Source: Rebecca billardiae RCC1528 (taxonomy: Eukaryota > Protista > Haptophyta). From it: DNA of 64,000 bases. Where the stretch lies: positions 2,790,001 to 2,854,000 of the forward strand of contig OZ251225.1 of assembly GCA_965240325.2 (NCBI GenBank), read 5' to 3'. This document shows, in pieces, positions 22,151-34,650 of the stretch. A model generated the notes under the pieces. It was not told the origin of the DNA and made no database searches. It worked only from the letters and a program-made list of their open reading frames with translations. Position 1 is the stretch's first letter. Every line of letters begins with the position of its first letter. The position numbers were made by a program, and so were the translations under genes.

Positions 22151-22669
22151 ATGGACGTGACGCGCACCAACGCGGGAGCGACGCTGCCGGCTTCGCGCAA
22201 GGCTGGGGATGGCCCGCCGCAGCAAGCAGTGGTACGGATTGCGTCTTCGGCCAAGGCCCGCACGGTCCTGGACTCGCAGGCTGAGCGCATCCTCAAGCGC
22301 CGTGCCTTCCGCCTCGGTGTGCGCGCGCTCGCGAATAAAATCGCCCTTGCGCCCTATGTGGTGAGCTCACGAAGGAACTCCGCACCCGCGCCTGCGCGCG
22401 TGCGAACCATACACACCGTCGCAGAGAAATACGGCGCGCCGACGAAGCGCGGTCACTCGTGGAACTACAAGTCTCGCCACATGCACGCGGTCGGAAGGCC
22501 GCGGGGAGGTACCGGCCGCTTCGTGAAGCGAACTGGTGCAATGGACAGCGAGGTTCCGACATCAAAGGATGCGCCGAGCTCGACCGATGTGACCGAGGGC
22601 TCGGAGAGCACGGTGGCGGCGACCCCAGAGCGTCGGTCTGAGGGAGCAACTCGCGACATCTCGTTGTGA
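22151..22669 (+). CDS. NF-YA/HAP2-like CCAAT-binding transcription factor subunit (divergent)
   Basis: QAERILKRRAFR (A1 helix) and YKSRHMHAVGRPRGGTGRF (A2 DNA-binding motif). Confidence 0.75.
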   Translation: MDVTRTNAGATLPASRKAGDGPPQQAVVRIASSAKARTVLDSQAERILKRRAFRLGVRALANKIALAPYVVSSRRNSAPAPARVRTIHTVAEKYGAPTKRGHSWNYKSRHMHAVGRPRGGTGRFVKRTGAMDSEVPTSKDAPSSTDVTEGSESTVAATPERRSEGATRDISL

Positions 22670-22967
22670 GCCTTGCGGCCATCTGGGTCATGGTTGCTCA
22701 CGGTCTCCTCGTCCTGCTACTCGAGCAACGAGGAATGACCACGCGGTGTTACTTATTGCGTGGATGGAAGCGTCGTTGAGCTCACTCGATGCTGGGCATG
22801 ACAACGAATACCCCAGAGCGCCGGTCTGAGGGGGCGAGCCGCGACAAGTCGTTGTGAGCGGGGCCGCCGGGGCGGCTGGGTCGTGGCTGCTCTGAATGGC
22901 TCCTCGTTCTGCTACTCGAGCAACGAGGAATGGTCATGTGGCGTTACTTATTGCGTGGACGGAAGCG
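22623..22967 (+). repeat. Diverged direct repeat of ~150 bp (22623-22772 and 22811-22967)
   Basis: Shared blocks ccccagagcg.cggtctgaggg, tcgttgtgagc, ctgctactcgagcaacgaggaatg and ttattgcgtgga.ggaagcg. Confidence 0.8.
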
Positions 22968-23375
22968 CAGCCAAGCTTCATTACCAATCATCACTGTACA
23001 CTCGTCCTGTGCGAGTTTGTGCGCAACGAGGAATATGCTGATCATGATGCTGACGATGTCGACGTGTCGACGTGTCAATCAGGACGGATGGTAGTCTTAG
23101 GTAGTAGCTTAGCAGTCTTAATCAGCCCAGAGAGATTGGATGAGGGTATCCCACCTTTTGCTGTGCATATTACTAGCTACAGTGCCCCCCTTTCTGCTTA
23201 TTCAGATCAGCCTACACAGATCTTGAATGTAAGTCGCGTATACGCAGTCATACTGAGTCACTCGCGGTATTACAGTAAATACATTATTACAGACAGTGAG
23301 GACTTACGATTCAGCCGTCGCGCGCGGTCTGAGGACGAGTGACCGGAGGCGAGCAGGCTTCACCCCGCCAATATA

Positions 23376-23920
23376 CAGGCAATCGCGGGCAATAACGAGC
23401 TGTCACGTTAAGAAACTGGGGCTTGCTATCTGCGGATCTGGCCTAGAAACTGAGACTAGCGATCCGGGCTGGTTCGCTGTACGCATAGTCACACTAAGAG
23501 AAACCGGGACTATGTCGTCGCGGCTGACGAGTGGTCCGCCGAGGCGCAGTGCCCGTGGGACCGGCGGCGCGCGGCCCGACTACGAGTACAGGCCAAGGAT
23601 TCCCGACTTCTCCTGATCGTGACTGACTCCTGGCCAGTGCACCGCAGCATCCATGCAACATCATGCCAGATTTGCTCCAAAATGGCCCAATTGTTTTTGT
23701 CGGCCTCGCCGGCCGGGCCTAAAGACTCAGCGGGGGGCTCAGCAGCACCCCTACTGTACTGCGCCTGCGCGGCGGGCGGACCTAGCAAAAATTAAACTGC
23801 TGAGACTCCGTAGGCGGTCGGGAGTACCGAACGGCTAAGAAAGCGAGACTGAGCCCTGAGCTAGATCGTCTCTGACTTCTTACTCCTGTATCATATTATT
23901 ATTGCGCCCGCGATTGCCTG
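23376..23920. mobile_element. Non-autonomous Tc1/mariner-type MITE
   Basis: TA|caggcaatcgcgggc ... gcccgcgattgcctg|TA: 15-bp perfect TIR (extends further with a 2-nt indel), TA flanks, no coding capacity. Confidence 0.75.
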
Positions 23921-24038
23921 TAACTCGTTGTGACCGAGCGGGGCGGCTGACGATTTAATATTCATCGGACTCACTCACTACAGCTACTCAGTTAGCTAGG
24001 CGACAACCAGTACTGTACCACACGTCGCGTCGTCATCG

Positions 24039-27000
24039 TCACAGCGGCATGCTGCTGGTGGCCGAGTGTGGCTGGGGCCCGCCACCTTGCTGATATCCAT
24101 AGAATGCGGACGGGTCGTCCTGAGCGTACTGACCATCCTGGTCGGCGTGCGCGCCGCCGTCGCCATCGTCCTCCTGCGCGCCGTCCCCTTGATCCTCGGC
24201 GGCGAACGTCCGGCGCTGCGGCTGCTGCCAGATGGGCACGTACGGCTGCTCCGACTCGGCTGCGCCTCCCGGCTGCACGGCGCCGTCCGCTCCGTCTCCG
24301 CCGCCCTGGTCCGCGTGCTGCGGCGCAGGCTCCGCGGCTCTCGCGGGCGTGAAGATTTTGTACGCGGGCGCTGCCGGCCGCGGGGGCCGCGGGGGCAAGC
24401 CCGCGGGGTCCGGCGTGCCGCCACCGCCGTCGAGGCCCGGCGTGGGCGCATAGCGCGACGTGACGCGTCCCGACGCCGTCGGCGGCGTCCCGACCGTTCC
24501 GCCGCCCGGGTTGAGGGTGTCGACGTAGCTGCGGGGCGCGGGGGGCGGCGTGGCACAGCGGCGAGGGGCGCACGGGGTGAGGAGTGCGCGCGCCTCCGGC
24601 GCGCGCCGCTCGGCGCGCCGGTACGTACCGCGAGGTGCGCATGTGCGCTGCCGAGTACTTGTTGCCCGAGCCGCCGCCGCCACCGGGCGGGCCGGGCGGG
24701 CCCCGGCCGCCGATGCCTGCCGGCGTGGGCGGCCCGATGACCATCCCGTCGTCGCGCTCCCCTGGCGGCGCGGGGCCGGAGCGGGCGGCCAGGTCGGAGT
24801 CCGTCGGCGGCGGCGCCGTGTCCTGCGCGTTCTCCTTGAGCCACTCCTCCGCCGTCATGTTCTCAGGGATGTACGCCTGCGGAGGGCGCGCGGAGCGCGG
24901 CGCGGGCGGGTCCGGCGCACGCGCGGGTCGGTGGCCGCGTGCTCGCGCGCGTCGTCGGCGCAGGGTGCGGCTTGGCCGGGGCGGCGCGCGCGCGGGCGTA
25001 CCTTGCACTCCTCGTTGTACACGAACTTGACGTCATCCTCCAGCTGGCGGCTCGACTTGTCGCGGCGGAAGAGCCCGCTCATATTCCGGAAGAGTCCGGA
25101 GACGGCGCCCTTGACAACGCCGCTCCCCGCGCCGCCCTTGGAGCCGCCGCTGCCGTCGTCCAGGCTACCGCCCCCAAGCTGTTCCTGAGAGCCCTGCTGC
25201 TGCACCGGCGGCTGCTCGGGCGGCGTCTGAGCCCGAGGCTGCGGCTCGGGCTGCGGCTCGTACTGCGCGGGCTGGCCGGGCGGCGCCTGCGCCCGATCTG
25301 CGCCGCCGTAGTCGCTGCCGCCCCACTGCTGGCCATACGGCGCAGGATCGGCGCCGCTGCCGCCGCCGCCCGGCACCTGCGGCACGCCGCCGCCGTGTGG
25401 CGCGGCGCTGGGCTGCTGTGCGCCGTACTGCGCGCCGTACTGCGCGCCGTACTGCCCGGCCATCTGCGCGCCGCCGGGGGCGTACGGGTTGGGCTGCTGC
25501 TGCGTGTACGGGTTGGGCTGCTGCGCGTACATCGCGTCAGCCGCCGCGTGCTCCGCGGCGCCGGCGTGCGCCGCGCCTCCGCCGCCATGGCTGCCCATCG
25601 GGTGCGCGACCGCTGGTCCCGCGCCCGCGCCCGCCGCCGCGGTGTCGCCCTGCCGATCCGTGCTGAGCGCCGACGGCGGCAGCGGCGGCCGGTGGTGGCC
25701 GAGCGAGCCCTGCGAGAGTGCGGGCACGATGAAGTTGCCGTCGGAGCCCCCGCCGCCATGCTGCTGCTGCAGGGGGCCGGAGAGCTCAGAAATGGACGAG
25801 CGCGCGCTGCGCGGCCCGAGCGACCCGTAGTCGCTGCCCGGCCCGGCTCCCTGGCCCGCGTCCTGCGGCGCACGCGCCGAGCGCGCCAGAGCGACAAGGG
25901 GCGGAGGCGCGCAGGGGCGAGGCGGGTCAGCTTGGGCGGCGAGCGCGTCGGGGCAACCCCGTCGCCTCGCCCCCGCCACCGCGCGCCGCACGCAGCGCGC
26001 GCGACCACGACCACTGCGCCCGTCTCTGCGCACACCTGGTGTGCGGGCGTGCCCATCAGCTTGTGGATGCCGCGATCGACCGCTCCGAACAGGCCGGTGA
26101 GCGCGACGGAGGCGCGCGTGCGCTCCGGCTTCTTGTTGAGGTGCACGGCGGTGCGGCGGTGGAGCTCCTACTCGGCACAGGGCGGGTGCGGCGGGGCGGG
26201 TGGCGGGTGGGCGCCCGTCAGCCGTGCCGCAGCTCCGCGCGCCTCTCTCCGCGCCTCCCTTGCTCCTCCCCCGCCTCCGCCTCTCTCGTGATCTCGCTCG
26301 CGCGCGCGCGCGGGCGGCGAGCGGGTGGCCTCGTCTCTGCTGAGACTGGCCAGTGCGTGCGCAAGGCGTGCGCGGCGCGGCGCGCGGCGCCGCAGCCGCG
26401 CGCAGCACCTGCAGCTGCGCCACGAAGAGCGGGTTGAAGACTTCGCCCTTCATCGCTTTGAGCTCGGACAGCATGTGCTCGCAGTACTTGAGCGCCTTCT
26501 CCGCCTGCCCCACCTCGAGCAGCATGGCTGCCTTGAGCAGCTTGTATGCCTGCGCACGGCGAGGCGCGCGCGGAGCGGAGCAGACGCGGAGCGTGCGTCA
26601 GATGCGGGAAGCGGTGTGAGCGGGGCGGAGTCAGCGGGGCGGGCGAGGGATCGGCAGCCGAGGGCGGGCGCGGTCGAGCTGCGTGCGGTACACGTGCGGC
26701 TGCGGCGGCGCGGCAGACGCGCGCCCCGCGCACTCTCGCACGCCGCACCTGGAAGCTGGGCAGGTGCACGGCCGGCTTGGGGCGCGCCCTCGCCCACTCG
26801 TAAGCCTCGGTCCGCTGGATCGCGTCGACGTCCGCGGCGAACGAGGTGCGCGCGCGCTTGTGGTCGGCGCCGAGGAGGACGAGGCGCGTGGACGCGACGT
26901 CGACCGCGCCGAGGGGCAGGTCGGCGAGCAGGTAGCACACGTGCGCCGCCTCCGTCAGCCCGAGCTCCGACCACAGCTCGTCGGCCAGGCTGACCATCGT

Positions 27001-28417
27001 GTCCGTGTCGCCCGGCGTGCGGTTCGCCACCAGCACGCCCAGTGACTCCTGCCAGCGCTCGAGCGCGGCGGGCACGCCGCTGGAGCGCTCGCCGGTGTCC
27101 GGGTCGGGCGCGGCGCGGAACAGCTCGTGCGCCGAGCCGGCGAACTGGCTGTAGATCGTCTGCAGCGCCGAGCCCGGCGCGAAGTTGGTCCGGGCGAACG
27201 AGCCCATCACGTGCGTGTACGTCGGCGCGTCGACGTGCGAGGACAGTAGCAGCGCGTCCGCCCACAGGTGGTGCGCCATGGCGTGCTCGATGGCGGCGTG
27301 CCGCTCGCCGCGGAGCACGAGCTTCTCGAGCTCGAGCCCCGCGTGCCGCAGCTGCGCCTGCGACAGCGGCGGCGTGATCACCGGGCTCGTCTCGCGCACG
27401 TTCGTCCACGAGTCCTCCGCGGGCTGCGTGAGCAGCTCGACCGTCTTGGTGACGTCGTCGCCGACGCACGCGCCGTCCTGCTCGACGCACAGGCGGAGGA
27501 GCTCGAGCAGCGCGCGCCGCGCGGGCACGTTCGCGTCGTACCGGTCGCCCTGCACGCAGCGCGAGAGCTGCTCGTCAAGCACCTCGAGCACCTGCTCGCG
27601 CGGCGTCGACTTGGTGAGGGGCCCGGGGAAGGCGTCCAGTGCCTCGAAGCGCGCCGTGTGCCGCGTGAGCTGCGCGACAGGCATGAGCTGCACGGTCCCG
27701 CCCGCCCACGAGGCGTGGGTGCCCACCATCCGCGCGCGCGAGAAGCTGGTGACCAGGTGCCCGCCGAAGCCGAAGCACGCCACGGCGTGCGGCTTGTTCA
27801 GGAAGCTGAGCATGTCCACGCCCTCTGGCGCGCGCGCGCCCGGCTGCACGCCGAGCGCGCTCGGCTCGCGCGCCGTCTGCCTGTACGGTGGGTACGCGTC
27901 GAAGGAGGCCTGCGAATCCTGCAGCGCGCACGAGGGCACAGGGGGCGGCAGCCGCTGCTGCTGCGCCCACTCGTTTGCCTGCCACCCGTCGCTCGGCTGG
28001 GGCTGCGGCACCGATGGCTGCCCCAGGCTGTGCTCTTGCCACTGCGAGTCGGCAGGCGGCTGCATCGGATGCTGCGGCTGCGCAGGCGCGTGGCCGTTCG
28101 CGGCATAGCCGTACGTATCCTCGCCCGGCTGCTGCTGCTGCTGCTGCTCGTAGCCGCTGTACTCCTGCTGCTGCTCGTACCCCGGCTGCTGCTGCTGCTG
28201 CTGGTCGTAGCCGCTGTACTCCTGCTGCTGCTCGTACCCCGGCTGCTGCTGCTGCTGCGGCTGGTCGTAGCCGCTGTACTCCTGCTGCTGCTCGTACCCC
28301 GGCTGCTGCTGCTGCTGCGGCTGGTCGTAGCCGCTGTACTCCTGCTGCTGCTCGTACCCCGGCTGCTGCTGCTGCTGCTGCTCGTAGCCGCTGTACTCCT
28401 GCTGCTGCTCGTACCCC

Positions 28418-28451
<34 letters not shown>

Positions 28452-28573
28452 ACCCCGGCTGCTGCTGCTGCTGCTGCTGGTCGTAGCCGCTGTACTCCTG
28501 CTGCTGCTCGTACCCCGGCTGCTGCTGCTGCTGCTGCTCGTAGCCGCTGTACTCCTGCTGCTGCTCGTACCCC

Positions 28574-28607
<34 letters not shown>

Positions 28608-28753
28608 AGCCGCTGTACTCCTGCTGCTGCTCGTACCCCGGCTGCTGCTGCTGCTGCTGCTCGTAGCCGCTGTACTCCTGCTGCTGCTCGTACCCCGGCT
28701 GCTGCTGCTGCTGCTGGTCGTAGCCGCTGTACTCCTGCTGCTGCTCGTACCCC

Positions 28754-28796
<43 letters not shown>

Positions 28797-28885
28797 AGCC
28801 GCTGTACTCCTGCTGCTGCTCGTACCCCGGCTGCTGCTGCTGCTGCTGCTCGTAGCCGCTGTACTCCTGCTGCTGCTCGTACCCC

Positions 28886-28919
<34 letters not shown>

Positions 28920-28984
28920 ACCCCGGCTGCTGCTGCTGCTGCTGCTGGTCGTAGCCGCTGTACTCCTGCTGCTGCTCGTACCCC

Positions 28985-29026
<42 letters not shown>

Positions 29027-29119
29027 TAGCCGCTGTACTCCTGCTGCTGCTCGTACCCCGGCTGCTGCTGCTGCTGCTGCTGCTCGTAGCCGCTGTACTC
29101 CTGCTGCTGCTCGTACCCC

Positions 29120-29156
<37 letters not shown>

Positions 29157-29557
29157 AGCCGCTGTACTCCTGCTGCTGCTCGTACCCCGGCTGCTGCTGC
29201 TGCTGCTGCTCGTAGCCGCTGTACTCCTGCTGCTGCTCGTACCCCGGCTGCTGCTGCTGCTGCTGCTCGTAGCCGCTGTACTCCTGCTGCTGCTCGTACC
29301 CCGGCTGCTGCTGCTGCTGCTGGTCGTAGCCGCTGTACTCCTGCTGCTGCTCGTACCCCGGCTGCTGCTGCTGCTGCTGCTGCTCGTAGCCGCTGTACTC
29401 CTGCTGCTGCTCGTACCCCGGCTGCTGCTGCTGCTGCTGCTGCTGCGGCTGGTCGTAGCCGCTGTACTCCTGCTGCTGCTCGTACCCCGGCTGCTGCTGC
29501 TGCTGCTGCTGCTGCGGCTGGTCGTAGCCGCTGTACTCCTGCTGCTGCTCGTACCCC

Positions 29558-29591
<34 letters not shown>

Positions 29592-32475
29592 AGCCGCTGT
29601 ACTCCTGCTGCTGCTCGTACCCCGGCTGCTGCTGCTGCTGCTGGTCGTAGCCGCTGTACTCCTGCTGCTGCTCGTACCCCGGCTGCTGCTGCTGCTGCTG
29701 GTCGTAGCCGCTGTACTCCTGCTGCTGCTCGTACCCCGGCTGCTGCTGCTGCTGGTGGTCGTAGCCGCTGTACTCCTGCTGCTGCTCGTACCCCGGCTGC
29801 TGCGACGGCGACGCACCGTCGGCAGGCTGCGCGAACTCCGACGCTTGCGCATCGGCGGCGCCGTACTCCTGCTGCTGCTGCTCGTACCCCGGCTGCTGCG
29901 ACAGCGACGCGCCGTCAGCTTGCTGCGCGAGCTCCGACGCTTGCGCATCGGCGGCGCCGTACTCCTGCTGCTGCTCGTACCCCGGCTGCTGCGACAGCGG
30001 CGCGCCGTCAGCTGGCTGCGCGAACTCCGACGCTTGCGCATCGGCGGCGCCGTACTCCTGCTGCTGCTGCTCGTACCCCGGCTGCTGCGATGGCGGCGTG
30101 CCGTCAGCTGGCTGCGCGAACAGCTCCGACGCCTGCGCATCGGCGGCGGCGTACTCCTGCTGCTGCTCGTACCCCGGCTGCTGCGACAGCGGCGCGCCGT
30201 CAGCTGGCTGCGCGAACTCCGACGCTTGCGCATCGGCGGCGCCGTACTCCGGCTGCTGCTGCTCGTACCCCGGCTGCTGCGATGGCGGCGTGCCGTCGGC
30301 AGGCTGCGCGAACAGCTCCGACGCCTGCGCATCGGCGGCGGCGTACTCCTGCTGCTGCTCGTACCCCGGCTGCTGCGACAGCGGCGCGCCGTCAGCTGGC
30401 TGCGCGAACTCCGACGCTTGCGCATCGGCGGCGCCGTACTCCTGCTGCTGCTGCTCGTACCCCGGCTGCTGCGATGGCGGCGTGCCGTTGGCAGGCTGCG
30501 CGAACAACTCTGATGTCTGCGCATCAGCTGGCCCTGTGCCCTCTGGCGCGAGCTCAGACACCTGCGCGTCGACGGCCGCCGTCGGGGCGTACGGCGTGGC
30601 CTCGACCGGTGTCGCAGCATCCGGGGCCACAGCTGACGCCGCCGTGCCTTCGACACCGGCGCTCAGCTGAGCGCCTGCACCGGTCTGGCCGTCGAGAGCC
30701 TGCTGTGCGTCCCACGCGACTGACTCTGTGGCCGAAGTGCCCTTGAGTGGCACTGGCGCAGCAGAGTCTGCAGGCTGCCCAGCTGCAGCGTCCGCAGGCA
30801 CAGGCTGCTCCGTGGCGGCTTGCGCGGCGCCGTCCGCTGACGTCACCGTTGCCGGCTCTGCGGCAGCGCCAGCAGAGTGTGCTGCGGCGTGCGCTGCTGA
30901 CTGGTCGGCCGCGTCCGGAGGCGCCGTGTTCTGCCCGACCTCCGGCTGCGGGGGCGCCGGCACATTGGTCGCCACAGGCTCCGGCTTCGCCAGCTGCTGC
31001 GGTAGCTGCTCATTCGCAGCGGCTGCGGCTTGGACGTGGACACTCGTCGCACTCGTGTCGGCGCTCGGCTCGGGAGCAGCAGCGGTGTCGTCGGCATGTG
31101 CGGCGGCGAGAGTGTCGAAGAAGCTGGCCCCGTCATCAGCTGTCGGGAAGGCGGCCGCAGCCCCCATACCAGCCGAAGGCGCACCTTGCTGCGCAGCAGC
31201 TGCTGCCGCCGCCGCCGCCGCTGCCGCCGCCTGCTGAGCAGCCGCTGCCTGCTCAGCCGCAGCCGCCTGCTCGGCGGCTTGCTCCGCAGCGATGGCGGCT
31301 TCGACGGCCTGACGATCTGCGGGGAGGGCCTGGGGCATGCCCGGCTGAGCCTGCGCGGCGTGATGCGGCTGCGGAGGCCGCTGTGGCTGCGTGCGCAGCG
31401 CCGCGGACGCATGTGCCGCCGCTTGCGCCGAGGACGGGGGCAGTTTGACGGGCGCACCGTGGGCGCCCGCCCCATAGTGCCCTCCTGCGTACTCGCTCGC
31501 AGCGTACTGACTCGTCGGGCTGGTTGCGCCCGAATCGCACGCGGAGCGCGTGCTCCACGCCTTGTGCTGGCCGTATTGGGCAGGCGGGTGCTGCGCGCCG
31601 TACCCCCACTGCGACTGCGTGCCGTACTGCTGCTGCGAGTACCCGTGCTGCTGCGGCTGCTGCATCGAGTGCTGCTGGTACCCAGCCTGGCCGTACTGCT
31701 GGTGGCCGTACTGCTGGGCGTACTGCTGCTGCGAGGGCGCCGCGTACCCCTGGTGCGAGTAGCCGTGCTGAGCCTGCTCGTACTGGGCCTGCTGGGCGTA
31801 CGGCTGCTGCCCCTGCTGCTGCGGGTACTGCCCCTGCTGGCCGTACTGGGGGTACTGCCCCTGCGGCCCCGGCTGCCCATACTGCCCCTGCTGCTGCGGG
31901 TACTGGCCCTGCTGGTAGTCATACTGCTGCCCCTGCCCGTGCTGCTGCGGCTGCTGCGGCGCATAGCCCTGCTGCTGCTGCGGCCAGCTTTGCTGCTGCT
32001 GCGCATAGCCCTGCTGCGGCTGCTGCTGTTGCGCGTAGCCATGCTGTGGCTGCGACCAGCTCTGCTGTTGCGGCTGCTGCGGCGGCTGCGGCGGCTGCTG
32101 CTGTGCGTACTGATACTGCCCGCCGCCATACTGCTGGGCATCGTAGGCCCCTTGCGGGTACTGCTGCTGCGCGGCGTGCGCATGGCCCTGCTGACCGTAG
32201 TTCGAGAAGAACTCGCTTCCGCTGGCTGTGTGCTGCGAGTTGTGCGGCGCGTTGTGCTGTGCGCCGACAGCCGCGTAGAATTCAGACCCTGCGGCGCCGT
32301 GATGGGCTCCCGCGCCCGAACCTCCGCCGAAGAGCGCAGACACGTCCGCGCTGGCGTCGGACGCGTTCGAGAAGAGATGCGCAGCTGAAGGGGAGCTGTT
32401 GTCGCCGCCAAAGAGCGCCGAGGCGTCCGCCTCGGCGGGCTGCTGGGTCCCTGCCGGTCCCGTGCCTCCGCTCAT
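24039..32475 (-). CDS. SEC16: COPII coat assembly protein Sec16; introns 26748-26550, 26408-26168, 26035-25863, 25001-24877, 24628-24529
   Basis: Central conserved domain FGFGG, FPGPL, LWADALLLSS, ANRT, AAHVCYLLA, LLGADH, IQRTEAYEWA, FQAYKL; C-terminal RYVD motif after splicing. Confidence 0.85.
28124..30520 (-). repeat. Coding tandem repeat within Sec16: about 26 x PGYEQQQEYSGY(D/E)Qn plus about 8 longer ADAQASE(L)FAQPADG units
   Basis: Near-identical nucleotide units with variable (CAG)n tract length. Confidence 0.95.
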
Positions 32476-32789
32476 TGCAGCGGACGGGCGCTCGCCGTGC
32501 CCTCCGCAGAAAGCTGCGCGTGCCCGAGCAGGCGCCGGGTTGCGCTCGAGGGTGCGCGCGATCGATGATGGAGGCCACCGCTTCGTCAGCTCAGCCTCCC
32601 CTGAGCTGGCTCCCGACCGATGGATGCGTCCAGCTGATGACGAGCCGCTTTGCCAAGGCGATTTGCCGATTTTCCAGCAGCGCGCAGCGCGCGCGGAAAA
32701 TAAGCAGCAGACAAAAAGTGCATTCTACTCGCCGGTCGCCCTGCCATCCGACTATCCGAGCGATACGAAAAGGCTCGACGACCAGCAGG

Positions 32790-33398
32790 ATGGCGGCCGA
32801 GGGCATCGAGGTGCGCGCGTATGCCGACGAGACGGATCTGCCGGGCATCATGTCGCTCATCAGCGCCGACCTGTCGGAGCCGTACTCCATATTTACGTAC
32901 CGGTACTTCATCCATCAGTGGCCCCAGCTCTCGTTCGTCGCCCTCGAGGGCGGCCGCATCATCGGCACGATCGTGTGCAAGATGGACGAGCACAAGACCG
33001 GCGCGATGCGGGGCTACGTGGCGATGCTTGCTGTAGACAAGGGTTACCGCAAACGCGGTCTAGGGAAGACGCTTGTGCGGCGCGCCACAGAGGCCATGCG
33101 TGACGGAGGCTGCGACGAGGTCGTGCTTGAGACGGAGGTCACCAACTCAGGCGCGATCGCTCTCTACGAGGCTCTCGGCTTTGTGCGAGACAAGCGATTG
33201 CATCGGTACTACCTCAACGGGAACGACGCCTTCAGGCTGAAGCTGTGGTTCGAGCAGAGCCATTCGGAGCAAGCCCTGGAGCACAGGGACGAGCCTTGGC
33301 CCGCTGAAGGAGCTAGCGCCGCAGACATGGCGACAGAAGCTGCACCTGCTGAATCCAACGGTGGCCTTGATGGTGGCTTTGCCTCGCTCGCACCGTGA
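32790..33398 (+). CDS. NAA30: N-alpha-acetyltransferase 30 (NatC catalytic subunit, MAK3)
   Basis: DLSEPYSIFTYRYF, GYVAMLAV, YRKRGLG, EVVLETE, RDKRLHRYYLNGNDAFRLKLW. Confidence 0.95.
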   Translation: MAAEGIEVRAYADETDLPGIMSLISADLSEPYSIFTYRYFIHQWPQLSFVALEGGRIIGTIVCKMDEHKTGAMRGYVAMLAVDKGYRKRGLGKTLVRRATEAMRDGGCDEVVLETEVTNSGAIALYEALGFVRDKRLHRYYLNGNDAFRLKLWFEQSHSEQALEHRDEPWPAEGASAADMATEAAPAESNGGLDGGFASLAP

Positions 33399-33523
33399 GT
33401 CGCTTGAAGGCCCTCCCGCCCGGTGCTGACTGCATGCGATGGCACGGGAATGCAGCGAATCCCGGCTGGATGTGATCCATGACCGTAGTTGCCGACTGTG
33501 ATGACTGATGATAGGATCATCAG

Positions 33524-33685
33524 TCGTACCGTTATACTTTATAGCGCGGCATGCGGGCACGGTTCGATTATTCGTATTATAAATATGATTTTACTCGTCT
33601 CGCCTCGTACCGTTATACTTTATAGCGCGGCATGCGGGCACGGTTCGATTATTCGTATTATAAATATAATTTTACTCGTCTCGCC
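33524..33685 (+). repeat. 81-bp tandem duplication
   Basis: 33524-33604 and 33605-33685 differ by one substitution. Confidence 0.95.
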
Positions 33686-34650
33686 GGGCCCGTGACTGTA
33701 CCGGTCTGTGCGGCACTCGGCCCGCGGGCCCGTGCGGCGCTCGTCGCCGAGCAGCACTCGGATTCAAGCAGCGGATTTGGATCGACGGCTCACTCATTAT
33801 CAAGCTACATGTCGTCACTAACTACCTGTCCGTGTGAGACTCGAGAGTCGAGTTAATGCATGTGAAAGCTAGAGACTGTCGTTTTGGCCCGCCTGGCCGC
33901 CAGGCTGAGGCGCCGTGAGGCGGGCGGGCGATCTCGTCCAAGGCTGTCAGCGTGCGATGCAGATTATGGGTCCGCACAGAATATTATTACATATCCATTC
34001 TGATTCATCCATCATGGTGATGGGCCATGGGGGTGGCGACCGCGCATACAGTGCAGCCGACTACGACATAGGCGATCGATCTGTGACGGTGGCCGTCGCG
34101 CTGTCAACCCATCCCAGTGCCGGCAGGAATGCGCGGGGTTACATGACCCAAGCTCCGGAAGGGACCGTCATGCAGCCCGCGACTGGCGCGGGCGCTCGTC
34201 ATCGGTGGTAGCCGTCAGCGTGGGACAGCGCGTGTACTTTTGGTGATGGCACGTGCTCTACTTTCCACGCGTCCTGTGCTGTCAGCCGCTTTCCAGCTTC
34301 CATGGTTGAGGTACGGCCCAGCGGCTATGGGCAGACCTTACTTATTTACTTGATTGCGATTTTCTAGGGGTTTCGGGTATGAAAAAATCCGCTTGCGCGA
34401 CGCCGACGTCATCGCCGAGGCGAGCCACCAACCGGAATCTCGAAATGAGTAGCTACGAGAAATCGTTACTACGACCATTCAGACTTCAGAGTTCTGTTTC
34501 TCGCAGAGGTGGTTACAAGTCCTCGCCGCACGAGGGCGTCGCGCTCGCCGCCAGCCTCCTCGGAACCCGGGGCGTCTTCCCTCGCACGCGCTCAGCGCGT
34601 GGGGGGGTCCGCGCGCGGCCATGTGTGCGCCCGGCACAGAGCTGAAGGAT

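Noticed and set aside
28124-29800. Repeat-spacer pattern superficially like a CRISPR array
   Set aside because: The 'spacers' are only CAG tracts, the array is in frame within a eukaryotic gene, and there are no cas genes
27268-30746. Long poly-Leu, poly-Ala and poly-Ser ORFs (1081 aa and two of 952 aa)
   Set aside because: They are alternate-frame or antisense shadows of the CAG-rich Sec16 repeat
31524-32789. Long N-terminal extension of NAA30 (624-aa ORF)
   Set aside because: It overlaps Sec16 antisense; conserved NAA30 sequence starts at 32790
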